Shown here piece by piece: positions 23,340 to 37,352 of a stretch of 64,000 nucleotides of DNA. Both the position numbers and the translations under genes were made by a program. The notes under the pieces are model-generated. The model was given only the letters and a program-made list of their open reading frames with translations. It searched no databases and was not told where the DNA came from. Where the stretch lies: positions 682,001 through 746,000 of the forward strand of contig OZ287699.1 of NCBI GenBank assembly GCA_965649825.1, in the 5' to 3' direction. Positions within the stretch are counted from its first letter, which is position 1. Each line of letters begins with the position of its first letter. Origin of the DNA: Penicillus capitatus (lineage: Eukaryota; Plantae; Chlorophyta).

Positions 23340-24858
23340 GGACTTAACAAATCTCACATGTCGCTTGTTACACGTTTGCTGTTTTGTGACACATCTCTTT
23401 TTAATGTAACAATAGATTCTATGAGGACATAAGCACAGATGCTGAATGCATATATGAGTTCATTCGTACCAACCGACCGCAGTTTTGGGATAGGCAGGTC
23501 CCTATCACAGCCTACTACAAACAATAAACAGACAACCATTTCTTATTAACCGACAGTCACAGTCCTTTCCCTTATCATTGTCATTTCTTTAAACACTGAA
23601 TCTAATGATACACAAGTGTCCTTCCTTGCTTTCAACGATCCCAATGACAGTTGCTGTCTGGCTGTTCTTGGCTGGCTGTGCTTACTCTAAGGCTTGTTTG
23701 TACGAGACGGTGCTTTGTCCTAAAATAAAATACTTTATTCGGTGATGCTTTCAATGAATGCACACTCGACAACGACTAGAAGCAAGTAATAGCAGTTGGA
23801 GCGTTTGGACAACATAGAAAGCAAAAAGTAAACACTTGTACCCTTCTGATTTACGTTTCCGTTTTTATTTTCGAATAAGTGTTGCACGCACGTGGAGAGA
23901 TATGTGTTGCTCGTTACGTTTTGTGGAAAAACACGTCAGAGAAGGCGCCTATGTAGGATGGCATGAGGTGTCTCGCATGGTGTAGCGACAGAAAATGGCA
24001 GTCAGTCTTTAAGTGAGATTCTTCTTTCTTCTAGACAGATAGATGGAGAACTCTGACGTGGTCCATAATAATATCGATCGATCGATTGTGAAAAAAGGGC
24101 GACAAAAAAGCGCTCAACGAAATAGACCACCATTCTTATTCATTTCTGCCAAAAAGACAAGCAGACGTGTCGTCGTCGACAGGTCTGTCGATCTGAGGCA
24201 ACTCCCAGTTCCAGGCTAGGCTAAGGATCCAGTACAGTGGAAGAAGTAAAGTTCGCTCATTCCAACATCGCAAACAGCAAACAAGGAAAGCGCAACTGAG
24301 GAGAAGGAGGAATCAATCCACATCATTCATTATCACTGTGTGTGTATGTGGCGTGTGTGTTAGAGAATGCATGGATGGAGTGGACGGGATACGGGAAAGT
24401 AACAAACAAACAAACAGCGACGGCGACGCCAAAGATAGGAAGAAAATAGATAGATAGAAAGACCAATTGTAGAGAAGAGAAAGTGATGACGGCAGCAGTG
24501 AATCGTGATTGAGTATCATCATGACTGCATCTGATGCACTCTCCTCACCCATAACTTCTAAAGTGTTTATTTTATCATACGGATGATGAGAAATCAGTCG
24601 CAGCAGCAGAGCAGCACAGTAAGATTTGAAGAGACAATTTATGAAAGACAACACAAGTAAGGCGATGGAGGAGAATGTGTTCATCATCAATGAGAAGTCA
24701 GAAAGTCAGTCAGTCAGTCAGACAACAAACAGGATGACAACGACTTCAATTACGACGATCGATCATGCAAGAGTTAGGAGGATAATCAGAAGCAAAAAGT
24801 GTCTATGCAGTCAAAGATGCTTCTTGTCTATGTCTTCTAGTGATTGCAGCAGAGGTTG

Positions 24859-27025
24859 TTACTTGAAGTAACATGTGGCAGAGTTGGAATCGGTCTTGAG
24901 GAGAGCGTACATGATACGTTCGAGTCCATTTGGATCGTTGTTGGCATTCGTCGCATTCCAAGATATCCCGTTGGACGACAATGAACCATTTTGCTGCTGT
25001 TGCAAGCCTTCAAGTCCACATGTCCCATTGGGTCCAACACCATGATATCCACTGTTACCACCACTGCTCACGCGTCCAGTCGTTCCAAGGCCTGCAGCAA
25101 GGCACGGCAGATGTCCATCACTGAGTTCTGAAGTTGACATTGCCATCACGCTTTGCTGGTCGGGGCTGCACCCAGGAAGCATGCTTTGATAAACGTCCCG
25201 AATGGTGGCAAGTAAGTAGTTTCTGTCATATCCATTGTCCATGGATGATCTGCTGTTGCCATTGTTGTAATGCTGACTTTGGACGGAACCTGGTTCTTTC
25301 AGAGTCCGTGCAACATTGTTGTGTGTTGTCTCCATGAAGCGTGGAGAAAGCCCAAAGCTTGTCTGGGTCGGAAAGGTACCGAGTTTTCCAGTAAACGGAA
25401 GAGGGCGTGGTTGTTGCTGTTGTTGTCTTCGAGGATGCGAAGGGGTATTCCAGATAGATTCGTATCCCATCGGTGTCGTAAGTGATGATGATCCCTGTCT
25501 CTCGGCGGAAGGAAGGCGCCATATGGACCAATCAACTGCATTCTGTTCAGAGGTTGGAATATGTGGAAACATGGGGCTGATGGATGAAACAGGAGGAGGA
25601 ACGAGGACATTCTGAGATATGGGTCCCTGATGCACCACAGACTGCTGCTGCTGTCTTGTCGTCTCGAGACGTGGAGAATCGTTGCCCATCCAGGAATTCC
25701 ATGTGGCAGCAGACAACTCCACATCACAGCTGGATCCAGAATCTGGGAGAGAAATGCTGCTTCCTTCCAGACTCAGACTCGACAGCGCAGCAGATGGGAA
25801 GAGCTGTGTTGGTGTCGTTGTAGAATCCAGATATGAAGCTCTCTTCCCAAAGGCCGTTGAAGGTGCCGTTTTGTGCATCCCTGAACTCATCAGCTGAGTC
25901 CCAGAATCGATGGTGTTGAGAGAAGAGGGTTGGTGGGTAACGGGATCGCAGGTCATGCCTTGCATTTGCACTCGGAAATTTGGCTTTCGGATTTCCGACT
26001 GCTTATGTGCAAAGAAGCAGAATGGCCTATTACAACGAGAACCGCGGCTGCAGATCTCGGTCTTGAATCTGAAGCAAAGGCACACACGCATGTCTCATCA
26101 TCGTTGGCGGTTATGGACAGACAGCATACCTCGTGGGATGTAGCCAGTATTCAAAAAGGCTGTGTGTACATGGACATTCGTCCCCTCGAGGGCAAGAGCG
26201 TCCCTACAGATAGACGCACATAACATCAGATCATGGGAGATGGATGGATGGTGTTTGTATATGGAGCATCACGCACTTTCTTGGCATCTGGGCAGATGAC
26301 TCCCGTGTATTTGAAAATACGAGGATCCCGTCTTTTGGCAGTTTCGTCTCCGTGAGCAAAGGGACAGACACGCCAGTCATGGCGAAATGACTTTTTACAA
26401 GGCAGAATCTGCATGCACGCACGCACACACACCAGCTGTTAGTAACCAGTCAAGACATGCGTCGGTTGGGGGCAAGCAAGCACATCTACACAGCGAGGGA
26501 GGGATAAAGCGACGTGAAAGTGGGGAGAGGGAGGTGCTCGCGCTAAAAGGACGGCCACCAAATGAAGATATTCCCTCGAAGCGATTACCTTCTACGCGAA
26601 TCGCTGGCTCTAGGCAGCGTTAACTCCATCCGCAGAGTCAGGTACTGCATGCCGCGGGCGCCGGATATGGGGCGAAAACAACGAGGGAGTTAGTGGTGGA
26701 GGACTGGTAGGGGAGGAGGGGATGCTAAAACCATTCAACAACGCCTTCGCGCTACGTGAATGCTCATGCCACGCGTCTCACGCCAGTTCTGCACTAGGAA
26801 ATGGCAAGGGGTGTTCTCGACCGTAGCGAGAGGATGCGCACGTTTCGACCGATTCGCCAAGAAAGGGGGGTGGGGTCGTGTGTGTGCAACCGGGTGCTAT
26901 TCTTGCGATGCGCCCCTAAGCTTCCCAATGTTGTATAGCTGAAGCTTTATTACCTTGTAGCAGAACATCATGAACCCTTCGGATCGATAAAGAGGATCCG
27001 TTAACTCCACGTTGCAGCTAACCAT
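24859..27025 (-). CDS. Plant/algal RR-TZF tandem CCCH zinc-finger RNA-binding protein (paralogue 1)
   Basis: Exon 1 (26954-27025) MVSCNVELTDPLYRSEGFMMFCYK splices over a 545-nt intron to ILPCKKSFRHDWRVCPFAHGDETAKRRDP..CPDAKK|GRSCPRGDECPCTHSLFEYWLHPTR|FKTEICSRGSRCNRPFCFFAH. Long Ser/Gln-rich tail. Confidence 0.88.
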
Positions 27026-27687
27026 GATTGACGCTAGGACAAAAAACCGTCACAGAAAGACTTGTGAAGACTTCAGACAAAAAACGACAAATCGGTATTG
27101 CGAAGAAGCACTTTCGAAGAATTTGAAAGGGTAAACGGATATGTAACAAGTTCAGATAAGTTACGGCCAAGACCGGTTCTGACCTGTCATATCGAAAAAC
27201 ACAATAGCGGAGCGTTTTGCGTTTTGACTGATGGCACTTGGGCGAGCCGAGCAACTGAGCCGTGTCGGACTTACGCTCAGAGCATATTCCAGGAAAGGTG
27301 CTGTCCAACGAATCGGAGACACTGGGAAAACCAATGGAACTGAGCGAGCTCAGAGAGAAGAAGTGGACAGCGGACGTGAATTCCAGCTGAACCGTCCGCG
27401 TTAAGTACTGACGCTCGGTGCTGCCCATCGATCAGTCGGTACGACAGTAGAACGGACGATGGACATGAAGCGGTGCTCGTCTGAACAAGCTTGGAATTTG
27501 TGGACGACGAGAATGGGATGACGTTACGCCGACAACGCATCACTGTTGCTTTCGGAGAGGAAGCCATGACGAAGTAGAAAAACGTATCAGGAATCTCAAA
27601 GACGATACGCCGCCGTCTATGATGCCTCGTTCGAATATCTGACGCGTGACAGGGATGGAGCAAACCGGTCAAAAATAGAAGCACGGG

Positions 27688-28922
27688 CTACACGTCGGAT
27701 AGCCAGTCGACAGGTTTCACGAGAACTTCCATGAGCCTCGCTTCTCTGCTGCCTTGTTTGGGAGAAGCATTGTAGTTCCAGGCAACGAGTGGAGGTGCCG
27801 AGACCATGATGCTCTCAATGCGACCGCCCTGCAGACCGAAACGCACGCCTCTGTCGTAGAGGAGATTAAACTCGATGTACCGCCCGCGACGAAGCAACTG
27901 CCAACGACGCTCTTCTTCACTAGATCCAAGAAATCGCATTGAACATGACAAAATGCCATTTACTACCCATAGGGCATCTGACGTCTGCGTTCGACAATGG
28001 GTGACCAAGAGGGCAAGAAATGCTCGCCGATGTCTCGAACGAAATCGGTGACGTTGTAATCCTCCGCGGAGGGATTAAGATCGTCGAAGAAGATGCCACC
28101 GATGCCACGATGCTCCGAACGTGATGGCAGGTAGAAGTAATCATCGCACCATGCCTTGAGCTTGGGATATAGATCCACCGAACGGGCGTCGCATACACCT
28201 AGTGAAAAGGATTCTTGTTAGATGCTCCTGGCAGCAAGGAAGACCTTTCCACATCGCGTGAAATGCACGTGCATCGTCTTCAAAGAGATAACTCGGCGTT
28301 AGATCTGCCCCTCCACCGTACCAGGCTTCTTTGTCCACGATAAATCGACGAATGTCGGCACGCAGTGTCGGGATGTAAGGGTGGAGTGGATGAAAAACGA
28401 GTGACAATGCGGCCGCGGCATACGGTTGATTGCCTAGGAAGAGCAACCATCGATATCTTTTAGTGTTTTATCCAGTGGATAAACGATCGTGCCTGATGCG
28501 TCGATGTCGCGTCCTCTGGAGCGCATCGTCTTGGCGCGTTCTGGTGTCAAATGCCCTCGAATGATCGAAACATTCACCGCAGCTTTCTCCATGATATTCC
28601 CATTCTCCAACACTCTCGTCACACCAAAACCCGATCCACTATCTCTGTCCCAGCGATCTTCACAAAAGCGCTTTTCTGAACGATCGATTGTTTCGGCCTC
28701 GGCCACAATTCGCGACTGAAGATCGAGGAGGTGAATTTCGAAGTCATCGAGCTGATGCAATTCGCTATACGATGACGCGATACCATTTGCTCTTTGTTCT
28801 CGCCGAGAACGACCTTTCGCCGTTCTCAAGTGGTTCGTTTGGCGAAAGGGGCACAGGGCACTGCGTCGAGGAGGTTGTCGTAAAAGGTCGCCAATCGGAG
28901 AGTCGATCGTGGAGCCCTTCAT
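27688..28922 (-). CDS. hemF: Oxygen-dependent coproporphyrinogen III oxidase, 4 exons
   Basis: [66 protein letters not shown] and ESIMVSAP. Intron 28434-28492 is GC-AG. Confidence 0.95.
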
Positions 28923-29014
28923 GCGATCACGGTCGTCGTCGCGGTGCGCGCCCCGCCCGATACACGATGATCTAGCGGATAAGGATCATATCCCAGACGG
29001 CTCGTTCGTTATGT

Positions 29015-32000
29015 TCATGGATGTACACCGTTCATTCTGAAATGGAACTGCGCTTTCTCCTCATCCGTCCATTTCTGAAGCTTCTGCTCAGCCATCTGAC
29101 GGCATCCGTTTTCATGTTCCATCTTCTTGAGCAGGTCCAACATGCATTTAAGATCCTCTGGATTTGCCAAGAGCGTCTCACTGGCAAGTATATCCATGAA
29201 CACATCCATAATCCTCATCAGATGTTCGCGATTTTTCCCAAGGATTCTGGTATCTTGATCCAAAACGGCTCGGATGAGTTGGGCATGGGCCATCTGAGCT
29301 TCCTCTGTGTCGTGTCTCAAGGGGAGTTGTTGCAGCCACAGCTGAAGCACTTTGGTTTGGTCGTCTTCGCTGAGGAGGTTTCCATGTATCATACAAATTA
29401 TACCCAGTGCAGAGATGGCGTTGTCGAGAGCCGTCAGCGCACTGATGTCCATTTCATTCTTTTGCCTTGCTACTTGGACGGTTTCGACAATGCGTGCGAG
29501 CTTCTGCAGCACAGAAATTGCCATTGGCTGGAAAACGGCCGGTGCTTTCTGTGCAATGATGCGGATGCCAAAGGCCGACATCTGACGGACACCTTCGTGA
29601 ACGTGATTCAGATGTGCTTCGAATAGATAACACACTGGGCCGGCAAAGATCTCCCTTCCACGGGGAGAGTAATCGCACACATCCGTCATGTTTGTGAAGA
29701 TGATTTCGACCGTTTCGTGATCTGCTGGATCATGCCGCAGAACTTCCAGCAGTTGGTGCAAAGATTCGACGAAGGGTCGGATCTGATCAAAGTACTGATC
29801 GTCAGTGTGGATCATGACAGCTGCCAGTACCTTCTGTATCTAAACAATTAATGAATGACCTATTCATCCATCTTTGTGAGACAGGCAATGAGATCTTACT
29901 CCCAGAATGACGCTCCGTTCCCGGACGACCTCTTCGACGAATGCTTCCATCTCTTCGGAACCGAGTTCGTCTTCCTGCAGTGCCGCGCGATCTGATCGAA
30001 GCTTAGAGAAATGCTGGAAGACATGTTGCAGCTTCGCAAACAGTGCATACATCTACAGCAAAGGGAATGTGTAGACGATATCTGCGAGAGAATGGTGATG
30101 GATGCATACCATTGGCTGTTCGAGTTTGCCTTGCATGACTTCGATGGTTTTGAGGACAGCTTCCAGTACTGCAGGGGCAGAGATTTCATTTATTTCTTTA
30201 CTCATGTCTCCCAGTTTCTCCATGAACTTGTCCCATTGCTGATTCAGCATAAGCAAAACTGCAGTCCTCATGTTCTCAGTCGGTTCCACTCGATGCTGCT
30301 CCGTTGCGCATTCCAAAAGAACAGGCTGTGCTAGAATGGCACTTTGACGAATGTCTTTGACCAATTTATAATCCATGGCAGGTAGAAAGGCCTCGAGCAC
30401 TGGGATCAGCATCGGGAAGAATCCCTGTTTGATGTTCCGAGCAATTGTTGTGGCAGCCTTCATGCCACAAGTGCAGAATTCAAGCGGTCCCCTTTCGATG
30501 CGAATGCACTTTCCCGCAATCACAATGTTATATGGATCATCCTCATCAGACTCATTCATCTCTTCTGCCGGCATCGTTTCGAGTTTAGGTTGTGTTGTGA
30601 GAGACTCTACGATCAGTTCTCTGAACACTTCGAGTGCATCAAAGCTTGTGGTCATGATGGATGAAATGCGTGCAGCTGCCTTCAAAACAGGGATTGCCAC
30701 AGACAGTTGCTCGTCCTTGTCACTCAGCTGCGACATCGAAGTGATCAATCCTTTCAAGCCTTCAATGATGATCCTGTACTCATTGCTGAACTGCTCCTTT
30801 CCAGTCCCAGCGCCAATCTGCAAACAGTTCAGAGTCCAAAGGAGTCGACAGGACAAGGTCGGTGACGAACTCGTGTCATGATGTCGAGAATGGATGCAAT
30901 CTCTTCAAGGTTGTTGGGATCTTTGATGCGATGGAGTGCACGAAATGCAGCCTTCATGCAGTCATTGTAGTACGGAGCAAAAGAAGGGGCTTCAAAGAGC
31001 GATGCGATACATGATAGGGTACTTAAGGCAGCTTTGTTGACAGCCTCACACGAAAACTCCATTGACTGGAGTACCCACCTAACACATAATAACTGTCCGT
31101 ACTCGCACACCTGTCACATCATCCTACTTTATCGTTTCTTCCAGAACAGGACCCTTCAAAGGATGTTCAGTGTTGTGAAGCAGATTGACGACGCAACTTA
31201 AGCCATGCTCGTGCACAGAGATGGCTGTAGAGTCATCCATAATGGATGCCTTCATGAGTTGACGAATGATCTGATTTCGATGGGACATACTGATCGATGA
31301 CCCCACTTCATCTGCCACCAGTCCAATCGCTTGACAGGCAGCCCAACGCACACGAACGTGAGGATCCTGCAATCCGTTGGTACAGAACTCGAGGAAATGC
31401 ATGACAGAATCAGAGAGATCCGTTGCACAGCCTTCTGCCATTTGACCAATTACTGTCAGAATGGCATGACGTTTCTTCCAGTCTGGATCTCTGGACCATT
31501 GCTGGGCGTACGGGAAAACGAGAGGCAAGAAGACATTCGCAGGCAAATTGGTGGCCAACCGATCAATGGATGCTGTTGCCAAGTCATACAATTCTCCAAA
31601 GCTGGGTGATTCATCATACACTGCACAATGCTGATTCCAATCTGCCTCATCCTACAAGAATGGCATCTCACTCAATTTCGATCAGAATCTGCTTGCTCAC
31701 TCTAATGTGCAACAGCGATTCCATCACCAAGTCAAGGAGCTGTGCTACACAATCTGTCAAGGATCCAAGTTTGGCTTCTGGGATTCCATCGACCAACGTC
31801 AGCAAGAATTCTGATGTCATGGTGTAGCTGTCGATCGTGCCCTGGGGGTCCTTAGCTCTTCCAATGTACTCAGTGATCAGTGGTCTTATCAAATCCTCAA
31901 AGAGACTGGGAACATATTCTGCCATCTCGATCAAGGTTGCATAGGCTTCAGGTGCTGAGGCACCTTCAACAGGTACAGCACCGAAAGCAACCAGTGCGTC

Positions 32001-32904
32001 CTCCATCAATATCTTGAGTTTCGCAACATCCTCGGCACTTTCTTGAATCTGCAGATTGTCAATGAGATATCAGATCGATCGCGACATGGGTGATACGAGA
32101 GCAAAGGATTTGATCGCTTTGATGGCTGCCAGACGAACATCGCCATCAGAATTGCGCAGACATGGTTGCATCAAGATGATAAACTGATCCACTGCGTGAT
32201 CCATCGAATCTGGCAGGACTTGAGCAATTTCTGCGAGAATATGCACAGCGGTCTCCACGTTCTTCTTGTTTTCTAAATTCTGCTGTTGCTCGATTGTCTG
32301 GCGCAGAAAAGGGAGAAGCTCTGGCCAGCATTCGTTGCCGATGATCTTCGAGTATAGATCAGCGATGAGGTCAGCCACCTGTATCCACGGAAATCCGATT
32401 CGTACTATCGGCAATTTCGCGGTGTCTTTTACTTTCAATCGAACGTCGCGATTCGATTCGATCGACACCGCAGCGATGAGATCATTTCGAATCCTCTCCT
32501 ACACAGCAAACAATCGCACCCTTGTTTATCGTCCGATGTCACGCGCTGGACCGGACAAAGAGTTGGTCGGGACCTGATGATTCGGCGCGACACTTGTCCA
32601 CAGTGAAGGTTGTTCTTTGGTGAGCACCTTCGATGACCAGATCGTCACAGAGCGAAGTAAACGGATGTCGCACTCGACGTAGAAGTGTCGCCGAGAATGA
32701 GCGTACAATCGGTGTTGGCCCTGTCTGCACGAAAAAGAGAAGCTTGATGACGAGGGCCTCAGGGTATCGCTCCTTCAAAGAGTTAAACGCGGTTTCTGCT
32801 TGGTTGCGCGGCGTTGCCTCGGTGTTGGCGAGTTGCGTCAAAAGTTCTGCAAAGAAAGATGGGTCCTCTGCGATGAGGCGTTCAAGCAAGGCGGCATCGG
32901 CCAT
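29015..32904 (-). CDS. IPO5: Importin-5 / karyopherin beta-3 (HEAT repeats), multi-exon
   Basis: RNQAETAFN, WPELLPFL, acidic loop then DRLA..L, DWKKRHA..IGQMAEG, DPHVRVRWAACQAIG, DNAISALG, WLQQLPLRHDTEEA. About 8 GT-AG introns; start MADAA at 32904. Confidence 0.92.
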
Positions 32905-33804
32905 GTCGATAGAGACGATTCTGGACGCGTCGCGCAAAGCAGAAAGATGTTCGAAACGTGCCGAAACCGCCAAATATGATTTCATTTATATGCCATTCTT
33001 AGCCACACGTTTACGAAAAGAGCTCGAAAAGTAAACAGGCGATTGTAACGATGCAACTGCCGATAGTCTAGTATTGGACGGTCGATCGTTGATCTCGAAG
33101 CGATCGGACAACAGAAAAAGGATTCATACACAGTTGTGCGTTGAAGAGGTAGATCGAAGTTAGAATATCAATTACGAGTAGAAATAGATGATACTGTGAG
33201 AGAAGTTCTGCATGCACTGAGTGCCACCCAACGAGAAAGGACCTTTGATCTTCTCAAGGAGCATCTCGGAGGACTATTTTGATCAAGGGCGATGCCGAGA
33301 CATCATTCCAACGTCGGCCTTTGTCGCTTCTGTGTGGTGACGTATGGCACTGATGACATCGACGATCGTTAAGACGATTTCGATTCTGTCATCGGATTTG
33401 CTTTCGATCCGCCTATGATCGAAGACTGCAGTCTGCTGACGATCGAATGCTGCGCATCGATTCGAATGAAATGATCATCAGAGCCCGGAACGTACGATCC
33501 AAGGCATTGCGTTGATCGAAGAATTTCGACATCCAACAAATGCATTGAAAAGTGACGCTGTACGCAAAAAAAGATCCGACAGCCGTCGTTCCAGCGATTA
33601 GCGTAACATGCTTTCAACACGCCTAAGGACTCGATTGTCGGCACAAGACAGCCGCAAATAAGATCTCCGTCGTCAGCTCGATCGGTACCGTCGTTCGAAA
33701 ACGATGATACCTTCCGATTTCGATCCATTTAAAACAAGTTACGAGTGACAAGCGACAATTCGTGAAGATCGCGATCAGAGACAGCCATACCGAACCAATC
33801 GTAT

Positions 33805-34546
33805 TCAGTGTTGATCGTCATACATGACCATGGGCTGAGCGACATCTTTCATCTTTTCCTGCCCGTACAACTGCCTCACGAGGTCGAGAGCAAACTCGAA
33901 TGCCGTCCCTGGTGCCCGACTCGTCGTCAACAAGCCATCTACCACTACGCGTTTGTCAGCAGCCCTAAAGAGAAGAATGCATCGAAGGTTATCCGATCGT
34001 CGAGCAATCGTCAAGCAAACGATGGATCGGAAAGTTGTCCGACGAAAGCAGGATGAGCCGTGGCCTTCTTGTTTTTGAGCAGACCGAGTGGCTCCAGAAC
34101 GACGGCCGGCGAAGCGCAAATCGCTGCGTGCAGTTTACCCTCTTTCTGTTGCTCGACCAACATTTTGGTCAGCTCCTCGCAAGTAGAAAACCTTTTCGCC
34201 CCTTCAGCGCCGCCCTGCAAGGCGTGGCCTTTCGCGCATGATCGATAGACACATCTCAGAGCTTCACCGGCAAAGCGATCAGATCAAAGCGCTCATCGAT
34301 CACTTCATCCAATCGTTTGTCTGCTATTAAGTGGACCCCACGCGAACAGGTGACACTTAATTCGCTCTCGATCGACGCAACGGTGACCTAATTTATCTCC
34401 TCGTCATTAAACAGCCTGCCTGTATCGTGATGGTGCCGTGCGTTTGCTCCAGCGCGTCGCAGGACGTCGATGATGATCACAGCTTCCATCTCTTCGGTAC
34501 CCTCAGCGATCGGAACAAGGACGGATTTCTCAATCGAACTGTCCAT
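33805..34546 (-). CDS. DJ1: Single-domain DJ-1/ThiJ/PfpI family protein, 4 exons
   Basis: VLVPIAEGTEEMEAVIIIDVLRRAG, DLIALPGG, AAICASP (catalytic Cys), TTSRAPGTAFEFAL. Intron 34388-34441 is GC-AG. Confidence 0.92.
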
Positions 34547-34801
34547 GCTAGTAGAGAACAGACGCCAATGATGAAAGACAGTAACGGTGCGATCTATTCG
34601 ATATCGAACGCGTCGAGGCAGCTTCGGCGAATAATGCGAAAGAACCGGTTCCGAAGGAGCGATCAACTGCGACGAAATCAATCGGCGGCAACGGAAAAAT
34701 AACGGACGTTGCGGCGTGAAGAAACAACAACCCGATCTCAACGTGCAATACATTTCAAGCCGTCTGAAGGTCACGATGGCGATCGATCACATCGTTCCGT
34801 A

Positions 34802-36960
34802 TCATTTTTCCAGACCAAACGCATCGAGAACGGCATCGATCTGCAATGGTCCCTGTTTTTCTCTTGAGAGCTGTCTCTCCAGTGCGATTAATTGATGACG
34901 CACGACATTTAGACCTGCTGATACGAGAACCGTCGTTAAAGATGTTGAATTGATCGATCTCAGGCCCTTCAGCTTTGTGCGAATCTCGGTTCTCTTTTCT
35001 TCTGTCTGTTTATTAACTTCGGCGATCAGCGTTTCGTGATCGGCCAGATGGAAAACGTGTTTGTTGTTCTCCATGTACGTATATGTGTACTCATCAGCTT
35101 CGTGCAATAGAAATCCTCTTCGATGAAACTCCACCTCTGCACCGACGTAGAGATCACGATACGTATAAGGTTCGTCCACTCGATCGGGCTTCCAGATCTT
35201 CGCCCTCTCCAAGAATTTGCCACTCACAAGACCTATATCGACAATGAGATGCTCAGCGATGGATATCTGTCGCACATCGATTCACCCGAATTCTTTAACG
35301 GCTTTTCGAAAATAGCGATCGTATCGTTTGCCATAAAGTATGTCACAACGAATGTCCGAGCAGCTTCCTCTTCACTGGGCTGGAAACGTCGCGTCGCATG
35401 CAGAGTGGCAGAAAAGCGCAGGACGATGCTGTCTTTGTTCATCAGTTTCAAAAAGTCCTTCTTCGGCGGTTTTGGCACGAGCATGATACAGTTCTGCCTC
35501 GAATCTTCGAGAGATCCAAATCCATTGTATGGCGGAAGAGATGGTCGGGGCAACGCCGTCTGCTTCTCCGAAATATCGATCGGTTTCAACTCTTCATCAG
35601 TGAGACCAATGGTATTCTTGTACCAGTTTCGCGTAAAATCGTCGCAATCGTAAATGAAAAACTCTCGGCTGTTGATCCACAGAGACTCGCCGATGCGAAG
35701 ATCTCGAGGTTCGTAGACCTCTCGATGCTTTGTCGATGCACCCAGAGCCGTAAATGCATTCCCCTGAAACACAGACACGGTTGCTACCTAGTTCTTTGCT
35801 CCGATCGTTGAGAATCACCCGGATGAGAGGTCCCCTCTTTTGGAAGACGGGAAAAGGATCGCGTCCCGAATTGGTCTCGAAGCATTCAAGGATTTCGCCA
35901 GTGTCGTCTTCGAGGAAGTAATGGAGTGCGTAGGGACGTCGCTGACCGTATAGACTGTTCCGATCATCCCAGAAGCACCAAAATCGCAAAACCATCCGAT
36001 TGTTGTCGAGGTATTTCCGCAATGTGTCTTTTTCGAGAACATTAGACGGTTTCCCAAGCTTCGCTTCGAGATAACGCGTCAACGAATCGTTGCGTGGATT
36101 TGGGGGAATGCCTGAAAGCATACCGAGATCGTCGATGCCTCGAGATCGAAACGGCGATCACTCGCATCGGTCTTCTTCCGTGATGCCCGATGGATGTCGA
36201 TCGGATTCGCCGGATAAGCAATCGCCTCTGGCACATCGTATCTGGCATTGTCTTTGAGATACGCCCTCGTGAAATCGTCGCAATCGACGACGCGAATCTC
36301 GCGGCCATAAAAACGCACGTCTTCACCGACTCGAATGTCATCGATGCTGTATGGTTGGCCATCAGCCTTTGGGATCTGATGACGCTTGACGAAGATTCCC
36401 TGAACCGCCCGCCGATCGACATCGCGTTTCGTGGGTAATGGCATAGCGTGTACCTGAGTGAGGCCACTGTTGTCTTCACGAGGTTCTTCGACGTGAATCG
36501 TATCGTCAGCCAAGTAGTAGTATATGGTAACTTTACGAATTCGATGATCTTCGAGAGGACTCTCGTCGACGTACTCGACGAAATACCCGAAAAATCGCAG
36601 AACCTACGGATCGTGATCGGCGTTGACACATCGTCGTTGTTCTGTGCATCGTCGATCGACCTGGCGATCCATCTCGACCCATTTCGGATATTTGATCTTT
36701 CCATCCGTCAGTGGTGCCTCGACAGGCGGCGGTAATGATGGCGGAAGCGACGTGGCGAGTTGCGTGTCGGGCGTGATCAGAGGTTTCTCGATGGCAAATC
36801 CATTGTTATACAACAATGTCTGGTTTTTGCCGAATCCTTTCTTCGGAGGAACGATCTGCATGGCGGCATCGAGATCGCGACAGGAGTCATGAGAAAGCTG
36901 AGGTTGTACTGGAGCCGATATGACGTAACCCGGTAGGTTTGGTAGTTCCGTCGTTTCCAT
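34802..36960 (-). CDS. EFHC1: Axonemal microtubule inner protein EFHC1/Rib72 (3 DM10 domains)
   Basis: Three DM10 motifs: YYYLADDTIHVEEP..NSG, LHYFLEDDTGEILE..NSGRDPFP and TYFMANDTIAIFE..NSG, each with a D..G......YGR/NSR..F.IYDCD.FTR-type signature. PPYNGFGSLEDS present. Confidence 0.92.
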
Positions 36961-37352
36961 ACCCACACGGCGTTATCGAGTTCGCTGCAAACACGTTTGG
37001 CGCAGTTATCGGACAGAACAACGCAAACACTCATCATTGCGTGATGTGACGTTTCGTTGACGCGCCGCCGTCGTTCACGAGGCGACAAACGCTGAAACAA
37101 ACATCCATACAATATAGCAGCCACGCACAGAACGATAGCACTTCGACAGGACCATCTCATCTCTCGTGGCCTTGCTCTGATATGGACACCTATGATCAAA
37201 GGACGTTGGTGTGATCGATACGTCCCCAGAAACGCTGCCTCATCGGATAGACGCTCTCGGAGGGCGACACGCATTGCTTGAGATGTCTGTTACAGTTATC
37301 CGTCACATACGTCATCACCGATATCAAGTAAGAGCCCCCTCTCTTTCTCTTC

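Noticed and set aside
33050-33730. Possible small plus-strand gene (EIDDTVREVLHALSATQRERTFDLL..) or the minus ORF 33369-33728
   Set aside because: No start codon or family match could be established.
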